From positions 41,846 to 105,845 of the IMG/VR virus record IMGVR_UViG_3300037851_000452: a stretch of DNA of 64,000 nt; one strand, written 5' to 3'. The stretch comes from a virus. The notes beneath the pieces were generated by a model, which saw only the letters and a list, made by a program, of their open reading frames with translations, was not told the origin of the DNA and did no database searches. A program made the translations under genes and the position numbers. Shown one piece after another: positions 29,239 through 38,539 of the stretch (positions are counted from its first letter, which is position 1; each line of letters starts with the position of its first letter).

Positions 29239-29808
29239 AACAGAACCGCAGCAGTAAATGAATACTCTACTCGGTATTCCGAAGCCATCGACCTTATGGA
29301 AACTACGAATCCCTCCGACTGGAGGTTGCAGAGCAAGTCCAGTCGGCAAGGAAGCGACGCCGACTTCCTGTCCGAAGAACTAGGTAAGTCTTTAAGTCAG
29401 GGAGAAAGAAACATTCATGAAATGTGCCGTGCAGAATACAAAAAACGTCTGTCTCTAGGAGTGGCCAGAGAGCAGGCCAGAAAAGACCTTCCGCTCTCCA
29501 ACATGACGGAGGCGTACTGGAAGATTGACCTGCACAATCTACTCCACAACTTTCTTGCCAAAAGACTGAAACCAGAAGCCCAGCTAGAGATACGAAGGTA
29601 CGCCCAAGTCATAGCCGACATCGTTAAGAAATGGGTACCCCACACGTGGGAGGCGTTCGAGGACTACGTCCTAAACGCCATGACCCTGTCTAAAAGCGAA
29701 CTGGAGATAATCTCCTACCGTAAGCTGGGGGCGGTTCCTCTGTCCCCATCCGAGGTTAGGGAGCTGACCGAAAAGTGTGTCAAACTAGGGGTAGTCCTCG
29801 AGCCCTAG
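29239..29808 (+). CDS. thyX: Flavin-dependent thymidylate synthase, exon 2
   Basis: NRTAAVNEYSTRY, GVAREQARKDLP, AQLEIRRYA. Confidence 0.9.
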   Translation, partial: NRTAAVNEYSTRYSEAIDLMETTNPSDWRLQSKSSRQGSDADFLSEELGKSLSQGERNIHEMCRAEYKKRLSLGVAREQARKDLPLSNMTEAYWKIDLHNLLHNFLAKRLKPEAQLEIRRYAQVIADIVKKWVPHTWEAFEDYVLNAMTLSKSELEIISYRKLGAVPLSPSEVRELTEKCVKLGVVLEP

Positions 29809-29818
29809 GAGTGACACC

Positions 29819-30094
29819 ATGATCCTGAAGATCCGGACCCCCACCTCCAACGACTTTAGATGGACCGTAATAGACCATGTAGACCTAGTGTCCATCCTGA
29901 CCAAAAAGTCGTTCATCGTAAACCCAAGAGGAGAAGAGATACCCGTAGAAGTTCTAGGAGTAGGTCCGGAATATTACCTGATCGAGATTTCAAGGGGCGG
30001 TCAGTCCCGAAAACTAGCATTTAGCGGTGTGGCATTCATCTGCACCGACGAAGGAAGAACTCTAGAAACGGTAGGCGGGTGTGACGAATCATGA
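29819..30094 (+). CDS. Hypothetical protein
   Basis: 91 aa, GGAG RBS. Confidence 0.55.
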   Translation: MILKIRTPTSNDFRWTVIDHVDLVSILTKKSFIVNPRGEEIPVEVLGVGPEYYLIEISRGGQSRKLAFSGVAFICTDEGRTLETVGGCDES

Positions 30095-30714
30095 ATCGTA
30101 ACAGGACGTTTTTTAGGCTTCCCGGCGGAGTAGTGCATCTAGGGAAGTTCTGCCGTCGATACGAAAAGGTACAAAAGAAGACGTCCCCAAAAATGGAGGC
30201 GCTGGAGTACGTACGCTTCGAGTCAAAGGCCGGAACGGCCTATTCGATCGCTACAGACGGAAAGACTCTAATATGCCTGTACTGGAAGTTGGACACCGAC
30301 GAGAAGATAAGAGAGCCGGTCCACATCCACCACTCCAATATGTGCCTCCTGGAAGACGACAAAAGCCACCCCTGCGTGGATGAAGGAGAGACCGGCTACA
30401 CAACAAGAACAGGAAAAGAACTATCGACAAAAGGACTGAACGTTCAATTTCCAGACTGGAGGTTCGTCATATCTGAATGCTCCAAAGACCCCACTCACGA
30501 AAAGACCATTGATCTGGGAGTTACCGAAGCGTGGTCTAGATTCGTAAAAAAGTTCGGCACCAATTCCAAGGTAAAGATGTGGGTCAGAAGAGGAATCATA
30601 ATGGCCCCTTACCGATACGACGGAGTAATGGCCCTAGCAGACAACACAAAGGCACTATATGTTCAGATGCCCCTGGTAGAACCTTCTGAATACATCTTGC
30701 CAACATTCACATAA
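30091..30714 (+). CDS. Beta-clamp-like domain protein
   Basis: IATDGKTL, QFPDWRFVI and terminal QMP resemble DNA Pol III beta-subunit motifs. Confidence 0.5.
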   Translation: MNRNRTFFRLPGGVVHLGKFCRRYEKVQKKTSPKMEALEYVRFESKAGTAYSIATDGKTLICLYWKLDTDEKIREPVHIHHSNMCLLEDDKSHPCVDEGETGYTTRTGKELSTKGLNVQFPDWRFVISECSKDPTHEKTIDLGVTEAWSRFVKKFGTNSKVKMWVRRGIIMAPYRYDGVMALADNTKALYVQMPLVEPSEYILPTFT

Positions 30715-30774
30715 CAAGTTAAAGGCCAGATCAACCATCTGAAAATCAGATGTAGTAACTACCTGGAGAAGAAC

Positions 30775-30996
30775 ATGACAGAAGAAATCGTCCTCAGTGA
30801 AGCACAACTTTCCTGCCTGAAGGCCGTCAGCGACGGGGGCAAGGTTGAAACCAAGACCGTGGACAAGAGAAGCGTGAATGCACTCGAAAAGAAGGGCCTG
30901 GTCAAGGTCACGGAGAACAAGAAGGGTGCATTTGTCGCTCTCACCGCGAAGGGCAAGAAGGCAGCCGCCGCTATGGATACGGCTACTCCTGCGTGA
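30775..30996 (+). CDS. Small basic winged-helix DNA-binding protein
   Basis: LSEAQLSCL...VNALEKKGLVKV...VALTAKGKK (MarR-like wing). Confidence 0.65.
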   Translation: MTEEIVLSEAQLSCLKAVSDGGKVETKTVDKRSVNALEKKGLVKVTENKKGAFVALTAKGKKAAAAMDTATPA

Positions 30997-31033
30997 GTGT
31001 AGAAGTTGTAACTACACACCCCAAGAGGCGACA

Positions 31034-31456
31034 ATGAACGGTATGAGCCTCACACCACCCAAAGGGTCTAAGAAGAAAAGAAACCTCTCCGACGACTCTT
31101 TGCCTGAGGACTACCTTCAATGGCTTCACGGGGTCCTTCGCACCAACCTTTGCGACAAGGAAGGCTGTGAGCCTTGCGCCATTCGGATCAAGATTGCCGC
31201 GTACCTTCTTAAGGCCCACCGGTCTAAAAAGAGCGGCAATCTTGAAGCCTCTGTCCGGCAACTCAGAAAAGCCCTGGAGCTACTAGACCATCTAGTAGAC
31301 AACCTAGAAAAGAACGAGGCTGGGCTAAGTCTTCAGCTCAGCCTAGCCTCGTATATACAGTCCGTAGCGTCCTATGAAGAACAAGCAGACCTGCGGTACC
31401 AGCTCGGGGCAAGCCTATCCTACCTAAAGGTCAAAATCGACCGCACAATCAGCTAA
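31034..31456 (+). CDS. Hypothetical protein
   Basis: Probable start MNGMSL after GAGG. Confidence 0.5.
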   Translation: MNGMSLTPPKGSKKKRNLSDDSLPEDYLQWLHGVLRTNLCDKEGCEPCAIRIKIAAYLLKAHRSKKSGNLEASVRQLRKALELLDHLVDNLEKNEAGLSLQLSLASYIQSVASYEEQADLRYQLGASLSYLKVKIDRTIS

Positions 31457-31461
31457 GACCT

Positions 31462-31490
31462 GAAAATACGGGCATACTCTTAGGTATGAG
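31462..31490 (+). promoter_or_regulatory. Phage promoter GAAAA-N16-GGTATGAG
   Basis: Motif copy. Confidence 0.55.
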
Positions 31491-31551
31491 TATTGTGTAA
31501 GAGCAACAGGTAGATTTCCTGCTTGTATGACTCTTTCCAAGGAGGCCCACC

Positions 31552-31908
31552 ATGGCGGCCACTTTGAGGCTCTTCGTAGAACCGTTCAGGCTCTTGGGGA
31601 GGCTCGTGCTCGCTATGGCGGGCATGGGTTGGACGATTGAGGACGCCGAGGACCTCTGGTCCGCGGCGTCCTACCTCTCTGCCCTCGCAGCGACGCGGGG
31701 GTTGGCTCTTGGCATCCTGAGGAAGGACGCCACGTGCGGCCTGCTGCCCGTCAGCGAAGACGCGGCGACAGAACTCCTTCGCTTCTTCAACGAAGAGGCG
31801 AAGGAGAACGAAACTCTCCGACGAGCTTGGTGGTTCGTCGGAGAAGAAAAAATAGAAGAAATCGTGGCCGAGGCCTGGAGCGCCGAGTGCGCTCGCAGGC
31901 TTCAGTAG
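31552..31908 (+). CDS. Hypothetical protein (single-gene cassette)
   Basis: AAGGAGG RBS, own promoter and terminator. Confidence 0.6.
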   Translation: MAATLRLFVEPFRLLGRLVLAMAGMGWTIEDAEDLWSAASYLSALAATRGLALGILRKDATCGLLPVSEDAATELLRFFNEEAKENETLRRAWWFVGEEKIEEIVAEAWSAECARRLQ

Positions 31909-31945
31909 AAAGAGGGGGGAGATGCAGCTCTCCCCCCTCTTTCTT
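31907..31945 (+). terminator. Intrinsic terminator
   Basis: AGAAAGAGGGGGGAGA...TCTCCCCCCTCTTTCTT. Confidence 0.65.
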
Positions 31946-32098
31946 AACCTGTCTACACTCTTGCGAAGCCTCCCATCTAAGACTACGCGAGCTCGGCCGA
32001 AGCCGATGAGACAGGACCCAGGGAGTACACAACAGTCTTTAACAGGAACGGCCCCAGGTCAAGATTCGTAATGACCCGGACATTACAAGGAGAAAAAG

Positions 32099-32818
32099 AT
32101 GAAGGTTTCCCTAAGCATAGACCTAGATTTCTGGTGCCAGTCGAATCGGATCAACTTCATACCCGATCGCCACTACGACAAACTAGACCTAAACGGGTCA
32201 TGGAACGATGTGTTGAATTGGGCAGACGACCTGCACCACTACCGAACAGTTTTTAGAGCCCTACCCAACATCCATCAAAAGAACTCCATGAGGCATCTAT
32301 TAGGACGAGTGTGCTGTCTGCCAAGAAACGTAGCTGTACACGTAGTTGAACACCATGATGAGGTTCTTCCGTACGTTCAAAGTACGCCCTGTGACATGCT
32401 CATCAACATAGACGCTCACGATGACATAGTTGGGACAATGGACACGCCCAAACTAGGGCCGGGATCATGGGTAGACTTCGTAGAATGGAGAAAAGAAGCA
32501 ACGTACAAATGGATATACGCGTCACGATCTGTGCAGGACTATAGCCTATGCGGCCCTCCAGCACTGTGGAAAGAGCCCAGTCGATATACCGACTGGAAAA
32601 AGATTCAACGCTCAAACGACAGGTATGTCATACCTTGGGAAAATGTGTCTCTGGTAACTATTGCAGCAAGCCCCGACTACACCCTACCAAATTTTGGGCT
32701 GTTTGCCCTAAAACGTCTAGGAAACAGAGATGGCATACAGATAGACGAGGCAGTCCAAGAACTAGCAAAAAAGTGGGTCGTATCTAGCGCGCTCTTCTCC
32801 ACGTTCAAAGACCTGTAG
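32099..32818 (+). CDS. UPF0489 / arginase-deacetylase-fold metalloprotein
   Basis: SIDLDFW, EHHDEV, INIDAHDD, ASPDYT. Confidence 0.65.
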   Translation: MKVSLSIDLDFWCQSNRINFIPDRHYDKLDLNGSWNDVLNWADDLHHYRTVFRALPNIHQKNSMRHLLGRVCCLPRNVAVHVVEHHDEVLPYVQSTPCDMLINIDAHDDIVGTMDTPKLGPGSWVDFVEWRKEATYKWIYASRSVQDYSLCGPPALWKEPSRYTDWKKIQRSNDRYVIPWENVSLVTIAASPDYTLPNFGLFALKRLGNRDGIQIDEAVQELAKKWVVSSALFSTFKDL

Positions 32819-32916
32819 ACGGGCTTGAGACCTTGCTCCCACAAGAGGCCATCGCTAGACCTTCGCCATCCAACGCCACCACCATCTCAAGCCCGCCACA
32901 GAGTATGGTACCGCAT

Positions 32917-32945
32917 AAAAATATGAAGCGCCATTTCGTAATAAG
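32917..32945 (+). promoter_or_regulatory. Phage promoter (variant AAAAA-N16-GTAATAAG) upstream of the Cas7-like gene
   Basis: Motif variant followed by TATTGT as in other copies. Confidence 0.5.
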
Positions 32946-32990
32946 TATTGTAGTAGGACTATCACTTACCTATCTTACAGGAGACATTCA

Positions 32991-33851
32991 ATGGCATTTG
33001 TAGACATCAATGAAGTGGCAAACCGTACGGACCTGTTCAAAGAATTCAAGAGCAGGACTCAATGGGACGCGTTCGACTACTATTTTGTAGCTATTCACGT
33101 CCAAGAGATAGCCGGAGGCATACCGAAGAACGCGGACCTCTATAAGAGCTTCGTAGAAGCAAAGTGTAAGGAGAAAGAGGAGACGGAGAGGTCTCGAATC
33201 GTAGAGGCCCGAATCTCCGACCTTCCAACTATCGTGTCTGAGGAGGCAAAGAAGGGCTGGACAGGGTTCCTGTCCGACGAGCGGGGCCTGTACATCGAGG
33301 GCCGTCAAATAAAAGCCCTCTTCAAGGAGGCTGCCAACATCACCCGTGACATCGTCCCGGCAAAGATGTTCAAGAAGAAGACCAAGAAGGGCGCAGAAGC
33401 AGAAGCTGCGTCTATGACAGAGGAAGAGTTCCAGTCCCTGGACAAGGTGACTGGGATCACCAACCTCAAGTCAAAGATCGCGGACCAGATGTTCGTTTTG
33501 AACGGTCTGGTCGTTGAAGACCCTCAGGGGCGCTTCATAAAGACGAACGTCCACCTGGGTAAAACCCAAAGCGACGTTATCGTAGTGGAACAACCCATCC
33601 ACGTCATAACGCCACAAGGGCCAAGGTCGTCCATCAAAATCACTGACCGCGTCAAGGACTGCAACATCTCGTTCACCATACGAGTGTTGCGGAAATCAGA
33701 GATAGTGCCTGACACTATCATGGCTATCCTAGACTACGGTCAGGCGTTGGGGTTGGGGGCCGACAGGTCTCAAGGACTCGGCACCTTTGAAGTAAAGGCC
33801 GTCACCAAAATAAGTAGGGACGAGGCCTACGCCCTCATCCTACAACAGTAA
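32991..33851 (+). CDS. Stand-alone Cas7-like RAMP-superfamily RNA-binding protein
   Basis: beta1 YFVAIHV-EIAGG; GLYIEGRQIKALFKEAA (RAMP YIPxxxIKG-like helix); thumb-like EQPIHVITPQGPRSSIKITD; C-terminal Gly loop GLGADRSQGLGTFEV. Confidence 0.75.
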   Translation: MAFVDINEVANRTDLFKEFKSRTQWDAFDYYFVAIHVQEIAGGIPKNADLYKSFVEAKCKEKEETERSRIVEARISDLPTIVSEEAKKGWTGFLSDERGLYIEGRQIKALFKEAANITRDIVPAKMFKKKTKKGAEAEAASMTEEEFQSLDKVTGITNLKSKIADQMFVLNGLVVEDPQGRFIKTNVHLGKTQSDVIVVEQPIHVITPQGPRSSIKITDRVKDCNISFTIRVLRKSEIVPDTIMAILDYGQALGLGADRSQGLGTFEVKAVTKISRDEAYALILQQ

Positions 33852-33865
33852 TCCAACCTTCTTTT

Positions 33866-33899
33866 AGTAAGGCCCCCGGTATTTCGGGGGCCTACTTTT
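33866..33899 (+). terminator. Intrinsic terminator
   Basis: AGGCCCCCG-GTATTT-CGGGGGCCT then T-tract. Confidence 0.7.
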
Positions 33900-33909
33900 A
33901 GGTAATCAC

Positions 33910-34584
33910 ATGACCCACCTGTACGACTTGTATACGTCGTGCGACGAACGCATGGCCAAAAGGCTAGCCCGCACAACAGTGTCTTGCAAAAAAGGGTGTC
34001 ATGCGTGCTGCAAACAAATAACCATCGTTGCTAAAGCAGAGTCAGACCTGATCGCTAAAAGCCTTGTAGGGTCAAAAATAGACCTAAGAGATCTCATAAA
34101 AAGATTAGAAGAGTCCGCGGTGCTGATGTCACAGCACGACGATATGTTCGACTACTTCTGCCTAGATAAAAGGTGCGCGTTCTTAGACGATAAGAACGAA
34201 TGCATCGTGTACCCTGTAAGACCTGCAGCTTGCAGATACTACTATGTCACCACCTCTCCAGAAGAATGCTCCGAACCTGTTAGGGGGTCTACCATTACAG
34301 TAATCAACACCTCAGACCTGCAAGCCGAAGTATTCTGCTACTGCCTTCAGCTACAAGGAGAGCCTTGGGTAAGCCCGCTACCACTAGCAGTAATGCACTC
34401 CCTATTCCGAATTACTAAAGACGAGGAGTTGGGTACTATACTAAAGAGGCTTCCAGACCCTCAAAGGTGGATGGCTTACAGAATAGAGAACCCCCTAGTT
34501 GGCATGTTGGAAAGTCAGCGCAAAGAATTCAGAAAAGGTCTTATAGGAGCCATCAATGCTTTTGAAAACGAGAGACCTCGCTGA
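33910..34584 (+). CDS. YkgJ-family Fe-S/Zn cysteine-cluster protein
   Basis: CKKGCHACC, CAFL, CIVYPVRPAACR. Confidence 0.8.
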   Translation: MTHLYDLYTSCDERMAKRLARTTVSCKKGCHACCKQITIVAKAESDLIAKSLVGSKIDLRDLIKRLEESAVLMSQHDDMFDYFCLDKRCAFLDDKNECIVYPVRPAACRYYYVTTSPEECSEPVRGSTITVINTSDLQAEVFCYCLQLQGEPWVSPLPLAVMHSLFRITKDEELGTILKRLPDPQRWMAYRIENPLVGMLESQRKEFRKGLIGAINAFENERPR

Positions 34585-34738
34585 GATAGACGACTTTCTC
34601 TTTTCCCAACAGTCCTATCCGGTAAAAGTTCGTATAAAAGACACGGAGCAATCGTTCTCTACGTATGAGGAGTGGGTGAGATTCTTAGAAGTAGTGGATC
34701 TGGACAACCCTGAGTTTATTGCTGGAGAAGAAAACTAG
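34556..34738 (+). CDS. Hypothetical protein
   Basis: 60 aa, GGAG RBS. Confidence 0.45.
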   Translation: MLLKTRDLAEIDDFLFSQQSYPVKVRIKDTEQSFSTYEEWVRFLEVVDLDNPEFIAGEEN

Positions 34739-35224
34739 ATGTCTTACAAGATTCTTGTCCGAGGAGATACGAGTGATGTCAGCGTTACGTTATCAAACAT
34801 CCGCGCCCTGGGAACGGCTTCTGCCAATCCCTTCCCACCAGAGGACGACGTTTGGTGGGTATCTAGAGTTCTAGTTCAGAAAGCCCATCGGGGCAGGGGG
34901 ATAGGAAAGTTTCTGGTTGCTAACCTGGTCAACGCGGTAAGGAAGATGGGGGCAAAGAAGCTTATGGTATGCCCTGGCGGATACGACATCTCCTACGAAG
35001 ACCAGGTTAGGTTTTACGAATCATGCGGGTTCAAAAAGGAATCAGATCACTCGGGCAAGGAAGGCGCTTACTACTTGGACCTGGAAACAGAAGGCACTCC
35101 AAATGAAGTCCCAGACAGATGCAAAGTCTTCCTCTTTAAAGAGATGCAGGAAGAAGACATCCATGACCACGTTCTCCCCTCCCTGGATATTCGAGAACGG
35201 GGTACGGAGACACTCCTATCTTGA
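34739..35224 (+). CDS. GNAT-family N-acetyltransferase
   Basis: VLVQKAHRGRGIGKFLV (motif A), RFYESCGF. Confidence 0.85.
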   Translation: MSYKILVRGDTSDVSVTLSNIRALGTASANPFPPEDDVWWVSRVLVQKAHRGRGIGKFLVANLVNAVRKMGAKKLMVCPGGYDISYEDQVRFYESCGFKKESDHSGKEGAYYLDLETEGTPNEVPDRCKVFLFKEMQEEDIHDHVLPSLDIRERGTETLLS

Positions 35225-35846
35225 TGTGCGGGTTCACGGGTCCCGTCACCGCATAAAAGAAATAAGAACCTATGACCTAGAAGGTTCCGAGAGCCTACGA
35301 TGGAAGATTGCTCTTAGACTGGACCGGGTCCTAAAAGAGTTCCGCAAGGCCCACCAAGATCTGAAAGACGTAGAGAAGGCCCAGTGCATAGTAGACGGAA
35401 GAATGCAGGAGTATCGGTATGACAATGCTACCGGTTGCGTAGAAGAAAAGGATAAGCGACCGGAGAAGAACCCCGTCAACGCCGGCAAGGCCCTCAGATA
35501 CAGAAGAGCGTTTGGGCGTCTGTGTATCTGGAGGAACAGCCTGTCCCTAGCAGAGCACGTTCTTACTCTAGGCATCATGCAAGCCCTTCCCAGCTGGGCT
35601 CGTCATCCAGAAAAAGGACACATAGTCGTCCTGACAATAAACGGCAGGGACTACACCTACTTGTCTATAAAAAACCGGCACGGTGTGCCATGCCTAGAGC
35701 CACTACACTACCCAACTCCAGAAGAACCAAAAGCCGTGTCTAGATATGTGATTGATTTTAAAGGCATCCTAGACGAGGCAATGACCCGGACATTAGACTC
35801 TCCCCAAAGAGACGAGCCCAGGGTGACTAGAGAGCCGGCAGACTAG
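35103..35846 (+). CDS. Hypothetical protein
   Basis: 247 aa ORF; start uncertain. Confidence 0.5.
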   Translation: MKSQTDAKSSSLKRCRKKTSMTTFSPPWIFENGVRRHSYLDVRVHGSRHRIKEIRTYDLEGSESLRWKIALRLDRVLKEFRKAHQDLKDVEKAQCIVDGRMQEYRYDNATGCVEEKDKRPEKNPVNAGKALRYRRAFGRLCIWRNSLSLAEHVLTLGIMQALPSWARHPEKGHIVVLTINGRDYTYLSIKNRHGVPCLEPLHYPTPEEPKAVSRYVIDFKGILDEAMTRTLDSPQRDEPRVTREPAD

Positions 35847-35867
35847 GGTTGCCATCTAATCGCCAAT

Positions 35868-35898
35868 AAAGGCCCCACCCACTAGGGGCCTTTTTTTA
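35868..35898. terminator. Terminator between convergent genes
   Basis: AAAGGCCCC...GGGGCCTTTTTTTT. Confidence 0.7.
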
Positions 35899-35965
35899 GC
35901 CTAAAGGGAGAAAAATTTTTGAAAGGTACAACGACATACAATGTCGCACATGAGTATACGTCGCA

Positions 35966-36745
35966 CTAGGCTGGGCTCATCCACTCTTCGGCAGCCTCGG
36001 CAATAGCGTGCCCTGCGTCGATGGTCATAGCCTCAGCCACCCTAATGTCACTAAGCGCGTCCACAAAATAGGACTCCACAAGGACGCAAGGACCAGAGGG
36101 GTTGCTAGTCTCCGCAGAGTTCAAAACAGATAGGCCCGCCTCCATAACACCGGGAAGCCCCGCAGCAGACTGGAACAAAGGTAGGCCTAGTTTCTTGGAG
36201 ATGGCCTCCGCGCAGATGGATGCAAACCTTCTCGATACGGACGATGCCAGCCTCTTGTGGACCATTACGCACACGTAATGCTGCTTGCTGTCGAAAGCGT
36301 TATGGTGAAGGCTAAGGAACATGTCGGATGCGCAGGCCCTCTTACCGATTTCGATAAGGTCGTCGGCTTCGGGGTCCACAATCTCCACCTTAGCGCCCTT
36401 ATCCCGCAAAAGCCCGGCCACCACGTTGGCTTGAAGTCTGTTAAGGTCTTCCTCCTCAACTCCGTTCTTGCCTCGAGCTCCAGGCTTTTTCTCTGAATGC
36501 CCGGGGTCAATCACCACGAATTTTCCAGCAAGAACACCGGCCCCGTCCTGAGGAATCTTTGGTAGAGTTTTCCCTGGAGGAGCCACTAGAACGTTGTTAG
36601 CCCCATTGTGCGAAGACAGGATGCTGATTAGCTCTGCCCTGTTTTGCGGCAGGACAGACGTAAGGGGTTTATCGTCATTCCAAGAAACAACATGGACCTT
36701 GCCCCCCTCGCCGCGGTAGAACTCCAACCAATTCGCCTTAGCCAT
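35966..36745 (-). CDS. N-acetylmuramoyl-L-alanine amidase (Amidase_3), probable endolysin
   Basis: VVIDPGH, EEDLN, FLSLHHNA, VLVESYF. Confidence 0.85.
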   Translation of the reverse strand: MAKANWLEFYRGEGGKVHVVSWNDDKPLTSVLPQNRAELISILSSHNGANNVLVAPPGKTLPKIPQDGAGVLAGKFVVIDPGHSEKKPGARGKNGVEEEDLNRLQANVVAGLLRDKGAKVEIVDPEADDLIEIGKRACASDMFLSLHHNAFDSKQHYVCVMVHKRLASSVSRRFASICAEAISKKLGLPLFQSAAGLPGVMEAGLSVLNSAETSNPSGPCVLVESYFVDALSDIRVAEAMTIDAGHAIAEAAEEWMSPA

Positions 36746-37085
36746 TCCTAGACTCCTGGTTCAAGGACAACGCCGCTTTAACGGCTGCCAAAAAAAGCTC
36801 CTCTCGGTCCCTTTGACCGGAGGATAGCTGGTTCCAATCTTGGCCTTCATCTGCCTTGATAAGATAGTTCAGGGACCTCTTTCCCTCATAGCTCTCCCGG
36901 GCCGTCATGTTAGGCCTACGAGTTACCTCTTCTACGGCCAGCTCCCAAAAAAGCTTCTCGCTATCACTTAGGTAGTCCCAAGAGCACGGGTCCCTCCCCA
37001 GAAGCCGCTCCAGTGTCTGTTCTACTTCGTAGACGAATCGGAAAAGGTGTTCTTCTTTGTGCTGCATCCGTCGCAAACGCTCCAC
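36738..37085 (-). CDS. Hypothetical protein
   Basis: 115 aa; start uncertain. Confidence 0.45.
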   Translation of the reverse strand: MERLRRMQHKEEHLFRFVYEVEQTLERLLGRDPCSWDYLSDSEKLFWELAVEEVTRRPNMTARESYEGKRSLNYLIKADEGQDWNQLSSGQRDREELFLAAVKAALSLNQESRNG

Positions 37086-37294
37086 GTTTTGGCGTATCGT
37101 TTAACGCACACGGGATCTTCTTCGACGACTGGAGCATGAACGTAAGCTCGACCTGTAGTCAACCTAACCCGACAAAGCTTTTCGTTGCACGACAAAACCT
37201 CCTGTATCTTGTCGCACTTAACGGTGTCCCCAAACCATAGAATTCCGTACACTAAAAAGGACAACACTAGTCCGAACGCGATTAGAGTTTTCAT
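37022..37294 (-). CDS. Membrane-anchored Cys-rich protein
   Basis: N-terminal transmembrane helix. Confidence 0.5.
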   Translation of the reverse strand: MKTLIAFGLVLSFLVYGILWFGDTVKCDKIQEVLSCNEKLCRVRLTTGRAYVHAPVVEEDPVCVKRYAKTWSVCDGCSTKKNTFSDSSTK

Positions 37295-37320
37295 GCGGAG
37301 TGTATATCAAAATTGCCCTT

Positions 37321-37349
37321 GCAAAACCCTACAAGTTATTGGGTATAAG
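37321..37349 (+). promoter_or_regulatory. Phage promoter GCAAA-N16-GGTATAAG
   Basis: Motif copy. Confidence 0.6.
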
Positions 37350-37351
37350 TG

Positions 37352-37449
37352 TAGTGTGGGGACTACGTTAGTCCTTACGACCAAGGCCGGATGGACAGCC
37401 AGACCGTTTGCGACCACGTAGACCATGTCTGTCCGGTCTTGGTTTTTTT
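37352..37449 (+). ncRNA. Putative promoter-driven small RNA ending in a terminator
   Basis: GGACTA/TAGTCC hairpin, then an 18-bp stem ACCAAGGCCGGATGGACA/TGTCTGTCCGGTCTTGGT and a T-tract. Confidence 0.45.
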
Positions 37450-37479
37450 ACTCAGCACTTACCCCCCTTAGGAGATACA

Positions 37480-37713
37480 ATGGCCGCCAGGCACGTGATG
37501 GTGCATTTCACCGTCTACAACAAGCCTCGAGACTATCCTGACGAGGTCGTTGTTCGTAGGTGGTTCATAGAACCAGGCAAACCTGTCATCGACCCCGTGA
37601 TCTGGAAGATAGCGAAGACCCTAGAGGAGGCTCGTCGGAGCATACCTCCAGACAAACATAACATCGGGCGAATGCCCAGCGACGACCCATGCATTGTTGA
37701 GACATGGGTTTAG
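37480..37713 (+). CDS. Hypothetical phage protein
   Basis: AGGAG RBS; VYNKPRDYP...DDPCIVETW. Confidence 0.6.
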   Translation: MAARHVMVHFTVYNKPRDYPDEVVVRRWFIEPGKPVIDPVIWKIAKTLEEARRSIPPDKHNIGRMPSDDPCIVETWV

Positions 37714-37720
37714 GAAAAAC

Positions 37721-38539
37721 ATGCTTCTACAATTTACTCTTAGGTGCAACGAAGAATGCTCTCATTGCCTAGTAGATGCTGGTAAGAACCGAGACGAGTT
37801 CATAGACGAAAGGACCATTGAGCGGGTCATTTCGTACCTTAACCGGCTGGGGCCTATTCCCGTGCTAATAACGGGAGGAGAGGTCACGCTACACCCCAGA
37901 TGGTTGGAGTTCTCTAAGAAGCTAGTCAAAGAGACCAACAGCGTTTTTATGGTCTTGAGCAACGGGTCCTGGGTAGAGGACGAAGAGATACAAAACGGCG
38001 TAAGGGAGCTCTTGGACCTCAAAAAGGTTATAGGGATGCAGGTTACCTCTTTCGAGAAGTACTACCCGAACTACCAGCGCATGGTTCGTCTTCAAGACAA
38101 GCTCAAAGAAGTCCACTCGAAAATAGGGCTGGTTCTAGGAGAAAAAAGCCACTGCCTAACCCCGCTAGGAAGAGCAGCAGGGATGAAACCTGAAGGAAAA
38201 CAGTTCTCTGGGTGCTCTAACTTTCTACTAGTGTGCCGTCAAGTAGACACCTGGTATAGCGCGCACTGGGAGCTCGCCAAGGCGCAAAAATTGTGCGTCC
38301 CCGTAATAGACACGCATGGAGACATACGAATCGGTGAGACCCAGCATTGCACCAAAATAGGCGACGTAGACGATAGCAACCACGATCTGTTCAACCGGGC
38401 CCTAAAACTGGAGCCTTGCGGAAAGTGCGGTCTTAGGTCCCCTTTTTCCAGGAGTGACGAATGCTCAGACTTGTTTCAGTCGTTGTTGCAGCCGTTCTCT
38501 GCTCGTGCACAGCGGAAGATCGAAGCATCCAAGCCCTAA
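37721..38539 (+). CDS. Radical SAM protein with C-terminal Cys cluster (SPASM-like)
   Basis: CNEECSHC, ITGGE, LSNG. Confidence 0.85.
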   Translation: MLLQFTLRCNEECSHCLVDAGKNRDEFIDERTIERVISYLNRLGPIPVLITGGEVTLHPRWLEFSKKLVKETNSVFMVLSNGSWVEDEEIQNGVRELLDLKKVIGMQVTSFEKYYPNYQRMVRLQDKLKEVHSKIGLVLGEKSHCLTPLGRAAGMKPEGKQFSGCSNFLLVCRQVDTWYSAHWELAKAQKLCVPVIDTHGDIRIGETQHCTKIGDVDDSNHDLFNRALKLEPCGKCGLRSPFSRSDECSDLFQSLLQPFSARAQRKIEASKP

